Notes: generated by a model from the letters alone, not told the origin. Counted from the first letter of the stretch, positions 34,947 through 44,861 are shown. The stretch is DNA of 64,000 bases from a virus (IMGVR_UViG_3300047281_000124); one strand, 5' to 3'. Program-made: numbers and translations.

Positions 34947-36748
34947 TTATATTTCAACAACTTAGATGGGGTAACGCGTTCTCCTACGGCCCCGCTAATA
35001 TTATTCAGTTAGACGGTAGCCCTCTAACGCAGATCGTAGGTAAGAATGGGCACGGCAAGAGTTCCATAGCTTTGATAATCGAAGAAGTTTTGTACAACCA
35101 GAACTCCAAGAAGATTAAGAAGGCTGACATTCTTAACCGATATACTAAAGATAAAAATTACTTTATTGAACTAGACTTTGATAAAGATGGAGTAAGTTAT
35201 GGAATTAGGACAACTAGGACCAGTACTTCTAGTACTATCAAGCTCACCCGGAGTGGTGTTGATATTAGTAGCCATACTGCGACTGCTACCTACAAAACTA
35301 TTGAACAAGTCTTAGGTTACGATCATAAGACTTTTAGCCAAATCGTTTATCAAAGTAGTGTTTCGTCGCTAGAGTTCTTGACCGCAACTGACACAGCTCG
35401 TAAGAAGTTCTTAATCGAATTACTTAACTTAGGTGTGTATACTAAGGCTGCTGATACATTTAAAGAACTTGCGTCAGGTTTATCGAAAGAAGTAGATAAG
35501 CTAGAAGCTAAAGTTAGCACGGTACGTGCCTGGCTGCTGAAGTACGAAAAGGAAGATTTGAATCTCTGGGAACTAAAGGAGGAGATGGAATCTCCTATAT
35601 CCTTAGTAACTGAGGTAGCTAATAAATCTACGGAACTTGCTAATATTGAAGCCACTAATAAGAAGATTACTCAGAATAATAAGTATCAGGAACTTCTTAG
35701 TAAGATTACAGTAGGTAGTACCCCTCCTACTCCCCCTAGTACTGATTCTATTACTAATCTTAAAGTACAGCTTGCTACTAAGCAAAAGAGCCTTAAAGAT
35801 GGAAAGTCATTAGCTGCTAAGTGTGACGGCCCTACTAGTACCTGTTCTACTTGTACTCAGTCTATTGATAATAGTACCATGTATAATATGGTTAAGCAGT
35901 TTGAGTTTACAAGGCTAGTTCTTGAGGACGAGATTGCTAAGCTGTTAGAAGAAATACTTGTTGCAGGTATGGCTACAGTTACTTGGACGGAGTATAGTAC
36001 TAAAGTTTTAGAAGTAGAAAAGTATCATGCTTTAATTGATACTACTATGAGTACGACATTACTAGATAGAGTTATTCTTACTAAAGAAATATCTGCTTTA
36101 GAAGCAATGATTACTAGCACTAATACTGCTATTACTAAGATCAAAGCACAGAATAAACTAGCTACAGATCATAATTCTAAAGTTACCGTTATATCTGAGC
36201 AGATGCAAGATATGCGTGATGAACTAGACGCACATATTACAGTTCTTGGTGTTAAAGCTACTGAACTTTCACACCTTCAGGTACTTGTAAAAGCATTTTC
36301 AACTACAGGCTTAGTAGCTTATAAGATTGAGTGCTTGGTTAAGGATTTAGAAGAATTAACTAATGAGTACTTAGGAGAACTTGCTGATGGCAGATTCCAA
36401 CTTAGTTTTAAAATTGCGTCTGCGGATAAGCTAAATGTGGTCATTACTGACAATAGTCATGACGTGGACATCATTGCTCTTTCTAGTGGGGAGCGCGCTC
36501 GGGTTAATGTGGCTACTCTGCTCGCTATCCGTAAGCTTATGCAAACGCTTAGTAACTCGCGTACTAACCTTCTTATCCTTGATGAAACCGTAGAGAACCT
36601 CGACGCGGAAGGTAAGGAGAAACTAATTGAGGTATTGTTACGAGAAGAAAATCTCAATACATTCCTTATTAGTCACGGGTTTAGTCACCCACTATTGGAG
36701 AAATTACAAGTGGTAAAAGATAAGAATATGTCAAGGATTGAGGCGTAA
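34943..36748 (+). CDS. SbcC/Rad50-like ATPase
   Basis: Walker A GKNGHGKSS, long coiled coil, CxxC zinc hook, Walker B LILDET. Confidence 0.7.
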   Translation: MIIFQQLRWGNAFSYGPANIIQLDGSPLTQIVGKNGHGKSSIALIIEEVLYNQNSKKIKKADILNRYTKDKNYFIELDFDKDGVSYGIRTTRTSTSSTIKLTRSGVDISSHTATATYKTIEQVLGYDHKTFSQIVYQSSVSSLEFLTATDTARKKFLIELLNLGVYTKAADTFKELASGLSKEVDKLEAKVSTVRAWLLKYEKEDLNLWELKEEMESPISLVTEVANKSTELANIEATNKKITQNNKYQELLSKITVGSTPPTPPSTDSITNLKVQLATKQKSLKDGKSLAAKCDGPTSTCSTCTQSIDNSTMYNMVKQFEFTRLVLEDEIAKLLEEILVAGMATVTWTEYSTKVLEVEKYHALIDTTMSTTLLDRVILTKEISALEAMITSTNTAITKIKAQNKLATDHNSKVTVISEQMQDMRDELDAHITVLGVKATELSHLQVLVKAFSTTGLVAYKIECLVKDLEELTNEYLGELADGRFQLSFKIASADKLNVVITDNSHDVDIIALSSGERARVNVATLLAIRKLMQTLSNSRTNLLILDETVENLDAEGKEKLIEVLLREENLNTFLISHGFSHPLLEKLQVVKDKNMSRIEA

Positions 36749-37206
36749 TGGCGGTCGACCCTAGGGCTAAAGGAGCCCGAGCGGAGACCCTAATTAGAGA
36801 TCAGCTCCGCTTACTCACTAACTTGCAATGGGAAAGGGTACCTAGCTCAGGTGCCTTAGACCCTAAACATGGGCTAAAGGGCGATCTCTATGTGCCTAAT
36901 GAGAAGAATCTTTACGCGGTAGAGGTTAAGCACTATGAGGAAGATCACTTAACTAGTGCAATTTTGACAGGTAAGAGCCCTCAGTTCTTTGAATGGTGGG
37001 ATCAAGCTGTGCGTCAAGGTAAGCAGGTAGGAAAGATTCCATTGCTCATCTTTAAATTTGATCGTTCAAAGACATTCTGCGCCTTCGAGGAGATGCCGAA
37101 TGCTGACTATAGATACTTCTTCATTAGTGCCTTAGGTCATGAAGTTTATGTATCTCTGCTAGACGACTTTGTCAAGCATGAGCAGCCTAAATTTATACTT
37201 GTATGA
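36748..37206 (+). CDS. Hjc-like Holliday junction resolvase / PD-(D/E)xK nuclease
   Basis: KGARAE...R.PSSG..D...D...EVK pattern. Confidence 0.45.
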   Translation: MAVDPRAKGARAETLIRDQLRLLTNLQWERVPSSGALDPKHGLKGDLYVPNEKNLYAVEVKHYEEDHLTSAILTGKSPQFFEWWDQAVRQGKQVGKIPLLIFKFDRSKTFCAFEEMPNADYRYFFISALGHEVYVSLLDDFVKHEQPKFILV

Positions 37207-37233
37207 TGCCTTTAAATTTGATATAATACACTT

Positions 37234-37416
37234 ATGAACAAATTATACACCCTTCTCATTATCGTTTTTCTTACTGGCTGTAGTCCTGCATATTCTTCAT
37301 ATAACTCTGCTAGTAGAGCGTTTATACAGATATGTAACTCAAACTCTATTGAAAGTGCTATTAATAGTGAAGGCACTAATATGACTTTTATTGCTAAATG
37401 CGTTAAAGAAAAATGA
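37234..37416 (+). CDS. small lipoprotein
   Basis: Lipobox LTGCS. Confidence 0.45.
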   Translation: MNKLYTLLIIVFLTGCSPAYSSYNSASRAFIQICNSNSIESAINSEGTNMTFIAKCVKEK

Positions 37417-37616
37417 CAGAAATAGAAAAATTATATACCCGCATTAACGCTATTAATGATGCTATTAATAGCGTTAAGAACGCTAGTACTATAGATCGTA
37501 ATCTTAGTCACGCAAAACATCCTAGTGAGCATTTTATTAAAGCATTAGATGAATTAGTAAGTATCCGCTCACAGTTATTTAATCTTAAAATTAGAGCGTT
37601 AGTTATAGGCAGATAA
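37413..37616 (+). CDS. hypothetical protein
   Basis: 67-aa ORF. Confidence 0.35.
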   Translation: MTEIEKLYTRINAINDAINSVKNASTIDRNLSHAKHPSEHFIKALDELVSIRSQLFNLKIRALVIGR

Positions 37617-38464
37617 TGATTAAAACTTTCAAACAAATGAATACTAGCGATGAAAGTTCGCTAATGATTGTAGACTCTTTAAACTTGGCCTTCAGATACA
37701 AACATAGCGGTGCAGTAGACTTCTGTACTGACTATATGCGTACCGTAGACAGCTTGAAGAAGTCTTACAAATCTACTAAACTTATTATAGCAGGCGACAT
37801 GGGGTCATCCTCATTTCGCAAAGGCATTTACCCTGAATATAAACAGAACCGTAAGGATAAACATGCAGACCAAACCGAAGCGGAGAAAGAAGCTTTTGAA
37901 TTGTTTTTCGCAGAAGTCCAAGGCATACTCTCTACATATGAGACAGAGGGCAAGTATCCAGTCGCTCGCTTCCCGGGCGTTGAAGCGGATGACATTGCTG
38001 CTTATATTGTCTCTAAAAGAAAGAAGTATGCTTTAGAGCAAATCTGGCTGATCTCTAGCGATAAGGATTGGGATTTGCTAGTAGCAGACGGAGTTTCTCG
38101 ATTCTCCTATGTTACCCGTAAGGAAGTAACCGAGAGCAACTGGAGCGATCATTACGATTGCACACAAGATGAATATATTAGTATTAAATGTCTTACTGGT
38201 GATAGTGGAGATAACGTCTTTGGTGTGCCTGGTATTGGACCGAAACGAGCTCTCCAATTGGTACAAGACTACGGTAGTGCCTATGATATTATTACAGCTC
38301 TACCTATCTCTAGCAAGTATAAATACATTACTGCACTAAATGAATTTGGTAGTGATGGTCTAATGCTTAACTACCAGTTAATGGATCTAGTAACCTTTTG
38401 TGCTGACGCAATTGGTGAAGACAATTGTAAAACCCTTGACAAAATGATGGACGACTATCTATGA
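37616..38464 (+). CDS. 5'-3' exonuclease / flap endonuclease (T5 D15-type)
   Basis: Clear similarity to the T5 5'-exonuclease: MIVD..NL.FR.KH, EYK.NR, GVEADD.AAYIV, WLIS.D.DWD.L, and the helical arch and H3TH regions. Confidence 0.85.
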   Translation: MIKTFKQMNTSDESSLMIVDSLNLAFRYKHSGAVDFCTDYMRTVDSLKKSYKSTKLIIAGDMGSSSFRKGIYPEYKQNRKDKHADQTEAEKEAFELFFAEVQGILSTYETEGKYPVARFPGVEADDIAAYIVSKRKKYALEQIWLISSDKDWDLLVADGVSRFSYVTRKEVTESNWSDHYDCTQDEYISIKCLTGDSGDNVFGVPGIGPKRALQLVQDYGSAYDIITALPISSKYKYITALNEFGSDGLMLNYQLMDLVTFCADAIGEDNCKTLDKMMDDYL

Positions 38465-38949
38465 CCAATAATGTATTTAAAGAAGCACCAAAGCATATGC
38501 AGCCCACAGTACTGATTAAACTTGAAGACACACGGGCTAAGCCCCTTCGGGCGCACGCTAGTGATGCTGGGGCAGACCTATTCTCTAATGCGGAAGTAGC
38601 AATCTACCCAGGCGAGACTAAAATGATTGATACTGGAGTCGCTATTAAGATTCCAGTCGGATATGTTGGCTTAGTGTATAATCGCTCAAGTCAAGGAAAG
38701 ATTCATGTAGTAATTCCTCATTCAGTTGGGGTAATTGATGCAGATTATCGTGGCAATATTAAAGTGTTGCTAACAAATAACGGAGAAGACCCATACTTTA
38801 TCTCTAGATTCTCCACTAGAGTGGCACAACTTGTAATTTCTCCAGTCGTACTCGTTGAGTTCAGAAGCTGGGACGCGACAACAGAAGCATGGGATGATAC
38901 AGATCGTGGAACCGGCGGATTCGGTAGCACTAATAAAGGAAATAAATAA
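38461..38949 (+). CDS. dut: dUTPase
   Basis: Trimeric dUTPase motifs AGADL and GVIDADYRG. Confidence 0.75.
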   Translation: MTNNVFKEAPKHMQPTVLIKLEDTRAKPLRAHASDAGADLFSNAEVAIYPGETKMIDTGVAIKIPVGYVGLVYNRSSQGKIHVVIPHSVGVIDADYRGNIKVLLTNNGEDPYFISRFSTRVAQLVISPVVLVEFRSWDATTEAWDDTDRGTGGFGSTNKGNK

Positions 38950-40908
38950 ATGACAGTAAGTACACGCGCACAAGTTATTACACGCAGAACCTATAACAGA
39001 CCCCTATCCGATGATGGTAAAGTCTTTGAAACATGGGAGCAGACAGTAGCTCGTGTTATCGACCACCAACAATGGTTGTGGGAACGCGCAGCAGGTCGTG
39101 ATCTAGAAGATAAAGAGTTTGCTGAGTTATATGATCTAGAACAATTGATGTTAGATCGTAAAGTCTCTATGTCAGGGCGCTCGCTTTGGTTGGGTGGTAC
39201 TACAGTTGCCAAAACCCGCGAAGCAAGTCAATTTAATTGTAGTTTCACAAATGTTGAAACAATTTATGACACCGTAGATGTGTTGTGGCTATTACTCCAA
39301 GGCTGTGGTGTTGGATTTAAACCTATTGTCGGAACCCTTAACGGCTTCTCGAAAGCCATAAAAAATATTAGGGTAGTACATAGTACACGCACTGGTAAAG
39401 GTGGATTAGAGCATAACGTCGAGACATTTAAAGAGGGTGTTTGGACTATCCAAGTCGGAGACTCTGCTGAAGCATGGGCCAAGTCAATTGGTAAATTGAT
39501 GGCCGGTAAGTATCCTGCTAAAGAGCTGGTACTTGATTTTAGTCAACTACGCCCAGCGGGTGAAAGGTTAAAAGGATATGGATGGATTTCGTCTGGCGAT
39601 TCGGCTATTAGTACTGCGTACGTGGCTATCGCTAAAATTCTTAACGGCCGAGCTGATAGTCTGCTCACTAGAATGGATATTCTTGATATTGTCAATCATT
39701 TGGGTACTATTCTTTCCAGTCGTCGGTCTGCTGAAATTGCTCTCTTCGAGTATGGTCAACCGGAGTGGGAAGAATTCGCGGTAGCTAAAAAGGATTGGTG
39801 GTTGCACGGCAATTCGCAACGTCAGCAATCTAATAATTCATTAGTGTTTAAGGAGAAACCTCTTTATGCTGACCTTCGAAGAATCTTCGACCTTATGCAG
39901 GATGCTGGAGGCTCAGAGCCAGGATTTATTAACGCGGTGGAGGCTACTAGACGAGCTCCTTGGTTCGCAGGATGCAATCCTTGTGTGGAAATCTTACTTG
40001 GAAACAAGTCTTTCTGCAACCTCACAGAGACCGACATTGGAAAATTCAAAGGCGATACGGCTGGCTTACACGAGGCTATTAAACTTGCTTCCCGTGCCAA
40101 CTATCGTCAAACCTGCGTAAATTTAAATGACGGCATACTTCAAGAATCTTGGCATCTTAATAACTACTTCTTACGTCTATGCGGTGTTGGGCTTACTGGC
40201 ATTGCCAAGCGTCCTGATATGGGTGGTTACGATTATGAGTATCTCAAGCGTACTGCTACTGCTGCTGCCATTGGTATGGCTGATGAACTTGGCTTACCAA
40301 GTCCTAAGAATATTACTTGTGTTAAACCCTCTGGCACGCTTAGTAAGATCATGGATACCACAGAAGGCATCCATAAACCCTTAGGAAAGTATATCTTTAA
40401 CAATGTACAATTTAGTAAACATGATCCGGTCGTTGATAAGTTGCGGGCTTCTAACTACAATATTATTAATCATCCAACCGATGATTCTGGTGTTTTGGTT
40501 ACTTTTCCTGTCAAGTGGGATGACGTACCATTTGCTAAAGTCAATGGAGTCGAAGTTAATCTTGATACGGCGCTCGATCAGCTCGAAAAGTATAAGTTAA
40601 TTCAGACTAGCTGGACACAACAAAATACTTCAGTAACTATTAGTTATTCACTAGATGAAGTAGAAGATATTATTGCATGGTTGCTTAATAATTGGGATTG
40701 CTATGTGGGTGTAAGTTTCTTGTACCGCACTGACCCTACTATGACAGCTAAAGATCTTGGTTATTTATATCTTCCACAGGAAGTTGTAAGTGAGCAGGCG
40801 TATAACGACTATGTAGCTACTCTCAAGCCTGTAAGTCTTGAAGATGCTAATAGTTTTGATGAAATTATGGGTGAAGAGTGCTCTACTGGCGCTTGCCCAA
40901 TCCGTTAA
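38950..40908 (+). CDS. ribonucleotide reductase, single-chain, class II-like
   Basis: Active-site NPC.E block (GCNPCVEILLG) and a C-terminal CSTGACP redox pair. The class assignment is tentative. Confidence 0.55.
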   Translation: MTVSTRAQVITRRTYNRPLSDDGKVFETWEQTVARVIDHQQWLWERAAGRDLEDKEFAELYDLEQLMLDRKVSMSGRSLWLGGTTVAKTREASQFNCSFTNVETIYDTVDVLWLLLQGCGVGFKPIVGTLNGFSKAIKNIRVVHSTRTGKGGLEHNVETFKEGVWTIQVGDSAEAWAKSIGKLMAGKYPAKELVLDFSQLRPAGERLKGYGWISSGDSAISTAYVAIAKILNGRADSLLTRMDILDIVNHLGTILSSRRSAEIALFEYGQPEWEEFAVAKKDWWLHGNSQRQQSNNSLVFKEKPLYADLRRIFDLMQDAGGSEPGFINAVEATRRAPWFAGCNPCVEILLGNKSFCNLTETDIGKFKGDTAGLHEAIKLASRANYRQTCVNLNDGILQESWHLNNYFLRLCGVGLTGIAKRPDMGGYDYEYLKRTATAAAIGMADELGLPSPKNITCVKPSGTLSKIMDTTEGIHKPLGKYIFNNVQFSKHDPVVDKLRASNYNIINHPTDDSGVLVTFPVKWDDVPFAKVNGVEVNLDTALDQLEKYKLIQTSWTQQNTSVTISYSLDEVEDIIAWLLNNWDCYVGVSFLYRTDPTMTAKDLGYLYLPQEVVSEQAYNDYVATLKPVSLEDANSFDEIMGEECSTGACPIR

Positions 40909-40993
40909 TAGCAATAAAAAAATTGTCTTGAATCCGCGTTCAACTTATTGTATAATATAGGTTGAACGCATCCTTTAACCCTCGGAAATAAAA

Positions 40994-41185
40994 ATGAACG
41001 AAAATCCAGTCCTAACTTTTGAAGTAACCCTTAACGAAGCCAACGCAATCCTCGCAGGTTTGCAAGAGCTGCCAGGTAAAGTATGTAATCCTTTGAGTCA
41101 GAAGATTACAGAACAAGCTAAGGAGCAAATTGCAGCAATGCAAGCTGCTGCTCCTGAAATTGTTACTGACGTAGAAGTTAAGTAA
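40994..41185 (+). CDS. hypothetical protein
   Basis: 63-aa ORF; last gene of the rightward module. Confidence 0.4.
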   Translation: MNENPVLTFEVTLNEANAILAGLQELPGKVCNPLSQKITEQAKEQIAAMQAAAPEIVTDVEVK

Positions 41186-41226
41186 AAGAAAAGCCCCTAA
41201 ACATTGCTGTTTAGGGGCTTTTCTCA
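41186..41226. terminator. bidirectional terminator between convergent modules
   Basis: AAAAGCCCCTAAAC...GTTTAGGGGCTTTT. Confidence 0.7.
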
Positions 41227-41493
41227 TTTAAGAGCTTTATTTGTTGTATTAATAAACGTCATGAATTCATCGGCTAAAGAATGCACTGCATGCTTGCCTG
41301 TATCTGTTTTAAAGAATGTAGTTAGTTTATCTAAGTTATTAGATACACAGACTTGCTGTGATGTTGTCATTGCCTGCCCTAAACTAGAGTAAGCTTCAAA
41401 CTTTTGAAGAGCCGCTTGTACAACCTTTGGATTACCTCTAATAGCTGCTGCAAGTGCATCTGGAGTGATAATTCTAAGTAAGTCTGTTAACAT
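41224..41493 (-). CDS. hypothetical protein
   Basis: 89-aa ORF. Confidence 0.4.
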   Translation of the reverse strand: MLTDLLRIITPDALAAAIRGNPKVVQAALQKFEAYSSLGQAMTTSQQVCVSNNLDKLTTFFKTDTGKHAVHSLADEFMTFINTTNKALK

Positions 41494-41540
41494 TTTATAT
41501 TCCCTGATTTTTATTGTTATTTAGCGTGGTGCGCTAATTA

Positions 41541-42086
41541 TTATACTACGTTCCAGTTAGTTCCACGGAAGATGAGGCTAGCACTTGCATTGGCTGCAAA
41601 AGCTAGTACAAAGCCTGCTGGAGTAACTAGACCCTCAACTGTCTCGCCTATAACGTTACCAACAATGGTTATGTTACCTAAGTTCCCAAACTCAGACTTA
41701 ATTACGTACTCATCTCCATCAGCACCGGCTGGTAAAGTTAGTACGACCGGGGCTGCTGCGATTACGCCAACATAATAGTCGGTAGTAAGTACTGGCCCCG
41801 TTGCCGCTACTAATCTAGTAGCTACAGGAGGGGTTGCAGTTGCATTAATCGTTAGACTTGGTGCAACTCCTGTAATCGTTACGTTCGTACCGGCTGTTAG
41901 AGTAGTGATCACACGATTACCCGTGTCAGTTACTGCTCCAGTACTAGTTAACGTTGCAAACGTCGGGTTTGCTGTTAACGCAACGCTTTGGGGTAGGTCA
42001 ACTACACCTGCTACTACGTCAATATTTGTTCCAACTTCTACAACGCCGAAGTTAGTTTTGGAGGCTAATGGGGTATTATATGCCAT
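41541..42086 (-). CDS. small tail-fibre-like protein (paralog family member)
   Basis: T/V/A/G-rich beta-rich sequence; N-terminus MAYNTPLASKTNFGVVEVGT shared with 42401-42964. Confidence 0.5.
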   Translation of the reverse strand: MAYNTPLASKTNFGVVEVGTNIDVVAGVVDLPQSVALTANPTFATLTSTGAVTDTGNRVITTLTAGTNVTITGVAPSLTINATATPPVATRLVAATGPVLTTDYYVGVIAAAPVVLTLPAGADGDEYVIKSEFGNLGNITIVGNVIGETVEGLVTPAGFVLAFAANASASLIFRGTNWNVV

Positions 42087-42095
42087 TTGTTTTCC

Positions 42096-42401
42096 TTATG
42101 AAATTATTTTCCAATTAGTGCCATCGTATATAACTTGTATATGCGAGTAACCACCGTTTAATATAGCAAAAGATACGCCGTCTATGGTTTTTCCACCTGC
42201 TGAAGTAATCGTAACAGGGTTTACACCCGCATTACCTGAAAAATCTTTGATGAAGTATGATCTCTTTTTGCTACCGTCTGTACCTGATGCAGGTAGTACT
42301 ACTGAGCTAGGTCCAGCAACATTTATAAATAGTACATCATCATTGTTTAGTACACTATAAGGAGTCGTTGTAACTATTTTAGTTTCTAAGTTTAGGGACA
42401 T
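42096..42401 (-). CDS. small tail-fibre-associated protein
   Basis: 101-aa ORF sharing the ...ITIVA/VTIT...DG...Y phrases. Confidence 0.4.
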   Translation of the reverse strand: MSLNLETKIVTTTPYSVLNNDDVLFINVAGPSSVVLPASGTDGSKKRSYFIKDFSGNAGVNPVTITSAGGKTIDGVSFAILNGGYSHIQVIYDGTNWKIIS

Positions 42402-42964
42402 TATGAAATCCTTGTTAGCGTTACTTTAACACTATCACCAGTAGGTCTAATGGGCCCAACTGCTGCGGGTAAGGCAGATAATACAACTGTAGTATCTGCG
42501 CTTGACCAACACATTTGAATATTACTACCGGCAAGCATATCTAAAGTATAATTACCGCTAGTAAATATTTGTGCTAAAGTATTAGTTAAGTCAAGGTCTT
42601 GTCTAGACCCTGGTATATCTACCCCATCTAGTCGTAGCCATATACTTATAGAACTTGTTCCACCGCTAGTTTTTGAAATAACGGTGGTAAACATTTTTGT
42701 GTATACACCAGCATTAACTACAGTAATATCGCTACCGCCTACTACACTTATACCGTTTGAAGGCCCCGTATTATTAAGAGTAACTATATTAATTGCACTA
42801 GCAACAGGATTAGTTTGTGTACCGTCAGTAAAGAAGCCGTAATTTAGTAAACCTAGAGTAGCTGATATAGTACCATTAGTAGCAGTTAAGCCGGTACCAA
42901 TCTTTGCTACACCAAATTCTGTTGTTGAGGCTAAGGGTGCTGCATAACTCATACTACATTCCAT
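42401..42964 (-). CDS. small tail-fibre-like protein (paralog family member)
   Basis: N-terminus MSYAAPLASTTEFGVAKIGT. Confidence 0.5.
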   Translation of the reverse strand: MECSMSYAAPLASTTEFGVAKIGTGLTATNGTISATLGLLNYGFFTDGTQTNPVASAINIVTLNNTGPSNGISVVGGSDITVVNAGVYTKMFTTVISKTSGGTSSISIWLRLDGVDIPGSRQDLDLTNTLAQIFTSGNYTLDMLAGSNIQMCWSSADTTVVLSALPAAVGPIRPTGDSVKVTLTRIS

Positions 42965-43422
42965 TCTATACCATTGTATACTAAGGTAACACTGGACCAG
43001 TCTATATTAAGTATATAGTTAGCTGCTCCGTCAATTGTCGAGCCAGTAGCTACAATCGTAATAGGATTCGTGTTACTGTCGCCGATACTATCTTTGACAA
43101 CATAAACCTTGCCAAGAGTACCAGCCGGTAGTGTGATTGTGACTGTTCCGTCATATATGACCCCTAGAAAGTACTCATCTAAAGTTGGAGCATACGTTGC
43201 TACATCAACTAAAGTAACTGGTACATCTGCTAAAGTACCTGGAGGGCCGGGCGGTCCTGGCGGTCCTGGCGGTCCTGGTGGTCCTGGTGGTCCTGGTAGC
43301 GTACAAGACCTATAATTGATAAATAAATCACGATCATCTATAAACGGTGGTATAAATTGAGATTGAGACTGATTTAACCCAAACGCCCAAGGGCCGATAT
43401 TTTGTGCTTGTGTTTGTAACAT
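42949..43422 (-). CDS. collagen-like-repeat tail-fibre protein
   Basis: (PGP)n collagen-like tract; C-terminus similar to the neighbours. Confidence 0.55.
   Translation of the reverse strand: MLQTQAQNIGPWAFGLNQSQSQFIPPFIDDRDLFINYRSCTLPGPPGPPGPPGPPGPPGPPGTLADVPVTLVDVATYAPTLDEYFLGVIYDGTVTITLPAGTLGKVYVVKDSIGDSNTNPITIVATGSTIDGAANYILNIDWSSVTLVYNGIEWNVV
43238..43298. repeat. 9-bp tandem repeat (GGTCCTGGN, about 6 copies) encoding the Gly-Pro-Pro tract
   Basis: Seen directly in the sequence. Confidence 0.85.
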
Positions 43423-43435
43423 AAGTAATCCTTAT

Positions 43436-43470
43436 AAAAGCCCCTTGTGGCTTATGACTACAAGGGGCTT
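43436..43470 (-). terminator. hairpin / terminator
   Basis: GCCCCTTGT...ACAAGGGGC with a T-rich tract on the - strand. Confidence 0.5.
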
Positions 43471-43475
43471 AATAA

Positions 43476-44600
43476 TTAACGAATACTGGTGTTAGTATTT
43501 GTTGGATTAGCTGTTTGTGTTCCGCTACCAACGTTGATCGCACCATTGGTAATATTTTGACCTAAGCCCCAAATCATATTAGCCAATTGGTTATACTGTT
43601 GTTGTTGCTGAGACTGTTGCTGCATCTGGTTGATGTTATTGGTATTAGTAAGAGTAATACCTGCAGCAGCGCTTTGTAAACCATTATTACCACGTAGTTC
43701 AATAATCTGTGCATTAGCATCAGCTAATTGACGTTGTAGATTTAGTTCGTATTGACTTGTGATCAATGCACGGGTCTTTTCACCGTCGTTAGAAATATCT
43801 TTAGACAGTTCATAACGGTTTTCCATGATATTTTGATTGATAACTGCTTGACCTTGCATTAGTGCTACTGAATTAGCATTAACAATGTCTTTTAGATTAT
43901 CAGTACGTGCAGCTAAAGAGCTTGCTACGTTATTTAGCTGAGTTGTAATACCTAAAGTTTGGGTAGCTTGTGAAGCTTCCATAGTAGAGGTAGAAATAGC
44001 TACAGACTTATCTACGGCTCCAATAGCAGCCATCAAATCCATGTTTGCTTGATTCTGTTCTGGTGGATTACGTAGAGTTGCTCCTAGTGCTGCCCCTGCT
44101 CCGTCTCCGTTCAAGCCATTTAGCCCATTACGTCCAAATAGTGCTGTTCCTAAAAGTCCGCCTACTAGACCTGCTCCGAGACCTGCTCCCATAGCTCCGC
44201 CTTGACCAGCTCCGCCCATTGGGTTGCTGAATAAATTGATTGTATCTTGTGGTGTCATATCATCTTCCTCTGTTGTTGTTTCGCTAATAATCGCGAGTGG
44301 TTCGCCTTCTAGGGCAATTACTTTGCTCATTTGAGCGTCTGAAACTTTTCCAGGTAGCATAATTACGTCGCTAACGTCTTCATACATAATTCCTATAGGA
44401 GTTTCGCCCTTTTTATAGTTTGTTAATTTAAAATAAACGGTATCGCCTGCTTTCACAGCAACCTGTTGTGTTGGAGTCATTGCATCATTAACATAAGCAT
44501 TTACTCTAGCAGTATCAGGTTTTGATATAGTAATAACGCCATCTCGCGGCACTACTACTTTATTCGTACTATTATTAACAGCGTCTTCTAGTGTCCACAT
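43476..44600 (-). CDS. Gly- and Gln/Asn-rich structural protein
   Basis: GGAGQGGAMGAGLGAGLVGG segment and a Q/N-rich coiled C-terminal half. Confidence 0.4.
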   Translation of the reverse strand: MWTLEDAVNNSTNKVVVPRDGVITISKPDTARVNAYVNDAMTPTQQVAVKAGDTVYFKLTNYKKGETPIGIMYEDVSDVIMLPGKVSDAQMSKVIALEGEPLAIISETTTEEDDMTPQDTINLFSNPMGGAGQGGAMGAGLGAGLVGGLLGTALFGRNGLNGLNGDGAGAALGATLRNPPEQNQANMDLMAAIGAVDKSVAISTSTMEASQATQTLGITTQLNNVASSLAARTDNLKDIVNANSVALMQGQAVINQNIMENRYELSKDISNDGEKTRALITSQYELNLQRQLADANAQIIELRGNNGLQSAAAGITLTNTNNINQMQQQSQQQQQYNQLANMIWGLGQNITNGAINVGSGTQTANPTNTNTSIR

Positions 44601-44799
44601 TGCTGTCCTTCCTTTAAATGACCCTAAATTGAGTCAGCTTTTCGGTGCACCAATTTAGTGCGTCCGCTGTGCCCCGATTTGGTACTACCATACTGAGCGC
44701 ATGTATATATTATACTATGAAAGGTACTGCTGCTCAAGTTCAAAAAGGCTTTTCCACCAGTATTTTTTGGATAAAAATTACTTCCCAAATTATGAACGC

Positions 44800-44838
44800 A
44801 AAAAAGCCCCCCAATCGTAACAATTGAGGGGCTTTTTC
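44800..44838. terminator. bidirectional terminator
   Basis: AAAAAAGCCCCCC...GAGGGGCTTTTTC. Confidence 0.6.
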
Positions 44839-44861
44839 ATTGGCTACCGAATTTTTGGATA

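Noticed and set aside
41204-41392. Plus-strand ORFs at 41204-41392, 41572-41775, 41905-42150, 43109-43315, 44645-45030, 45222-45500, 46711-47046, 47235-47483, 48407-48790, 53067-53405, 53924-54259, 56397-56636, 57041-57325 and 61021-61245 in the late region
   Set aside because: They are antisense to long minus-strand structural or lysis genes, or they span terminators. They are low-complexity translations of fibre-gene complements.
43238-43298. Short tandem repeat that could be mistaken for a CRISPR or minisatellite locus
   Set aside because: It is an in-frame 9-bp repeat encoding a Gly-Pro-Pro collagen-like tract inside a tail-fibre ORF, with no spacers.
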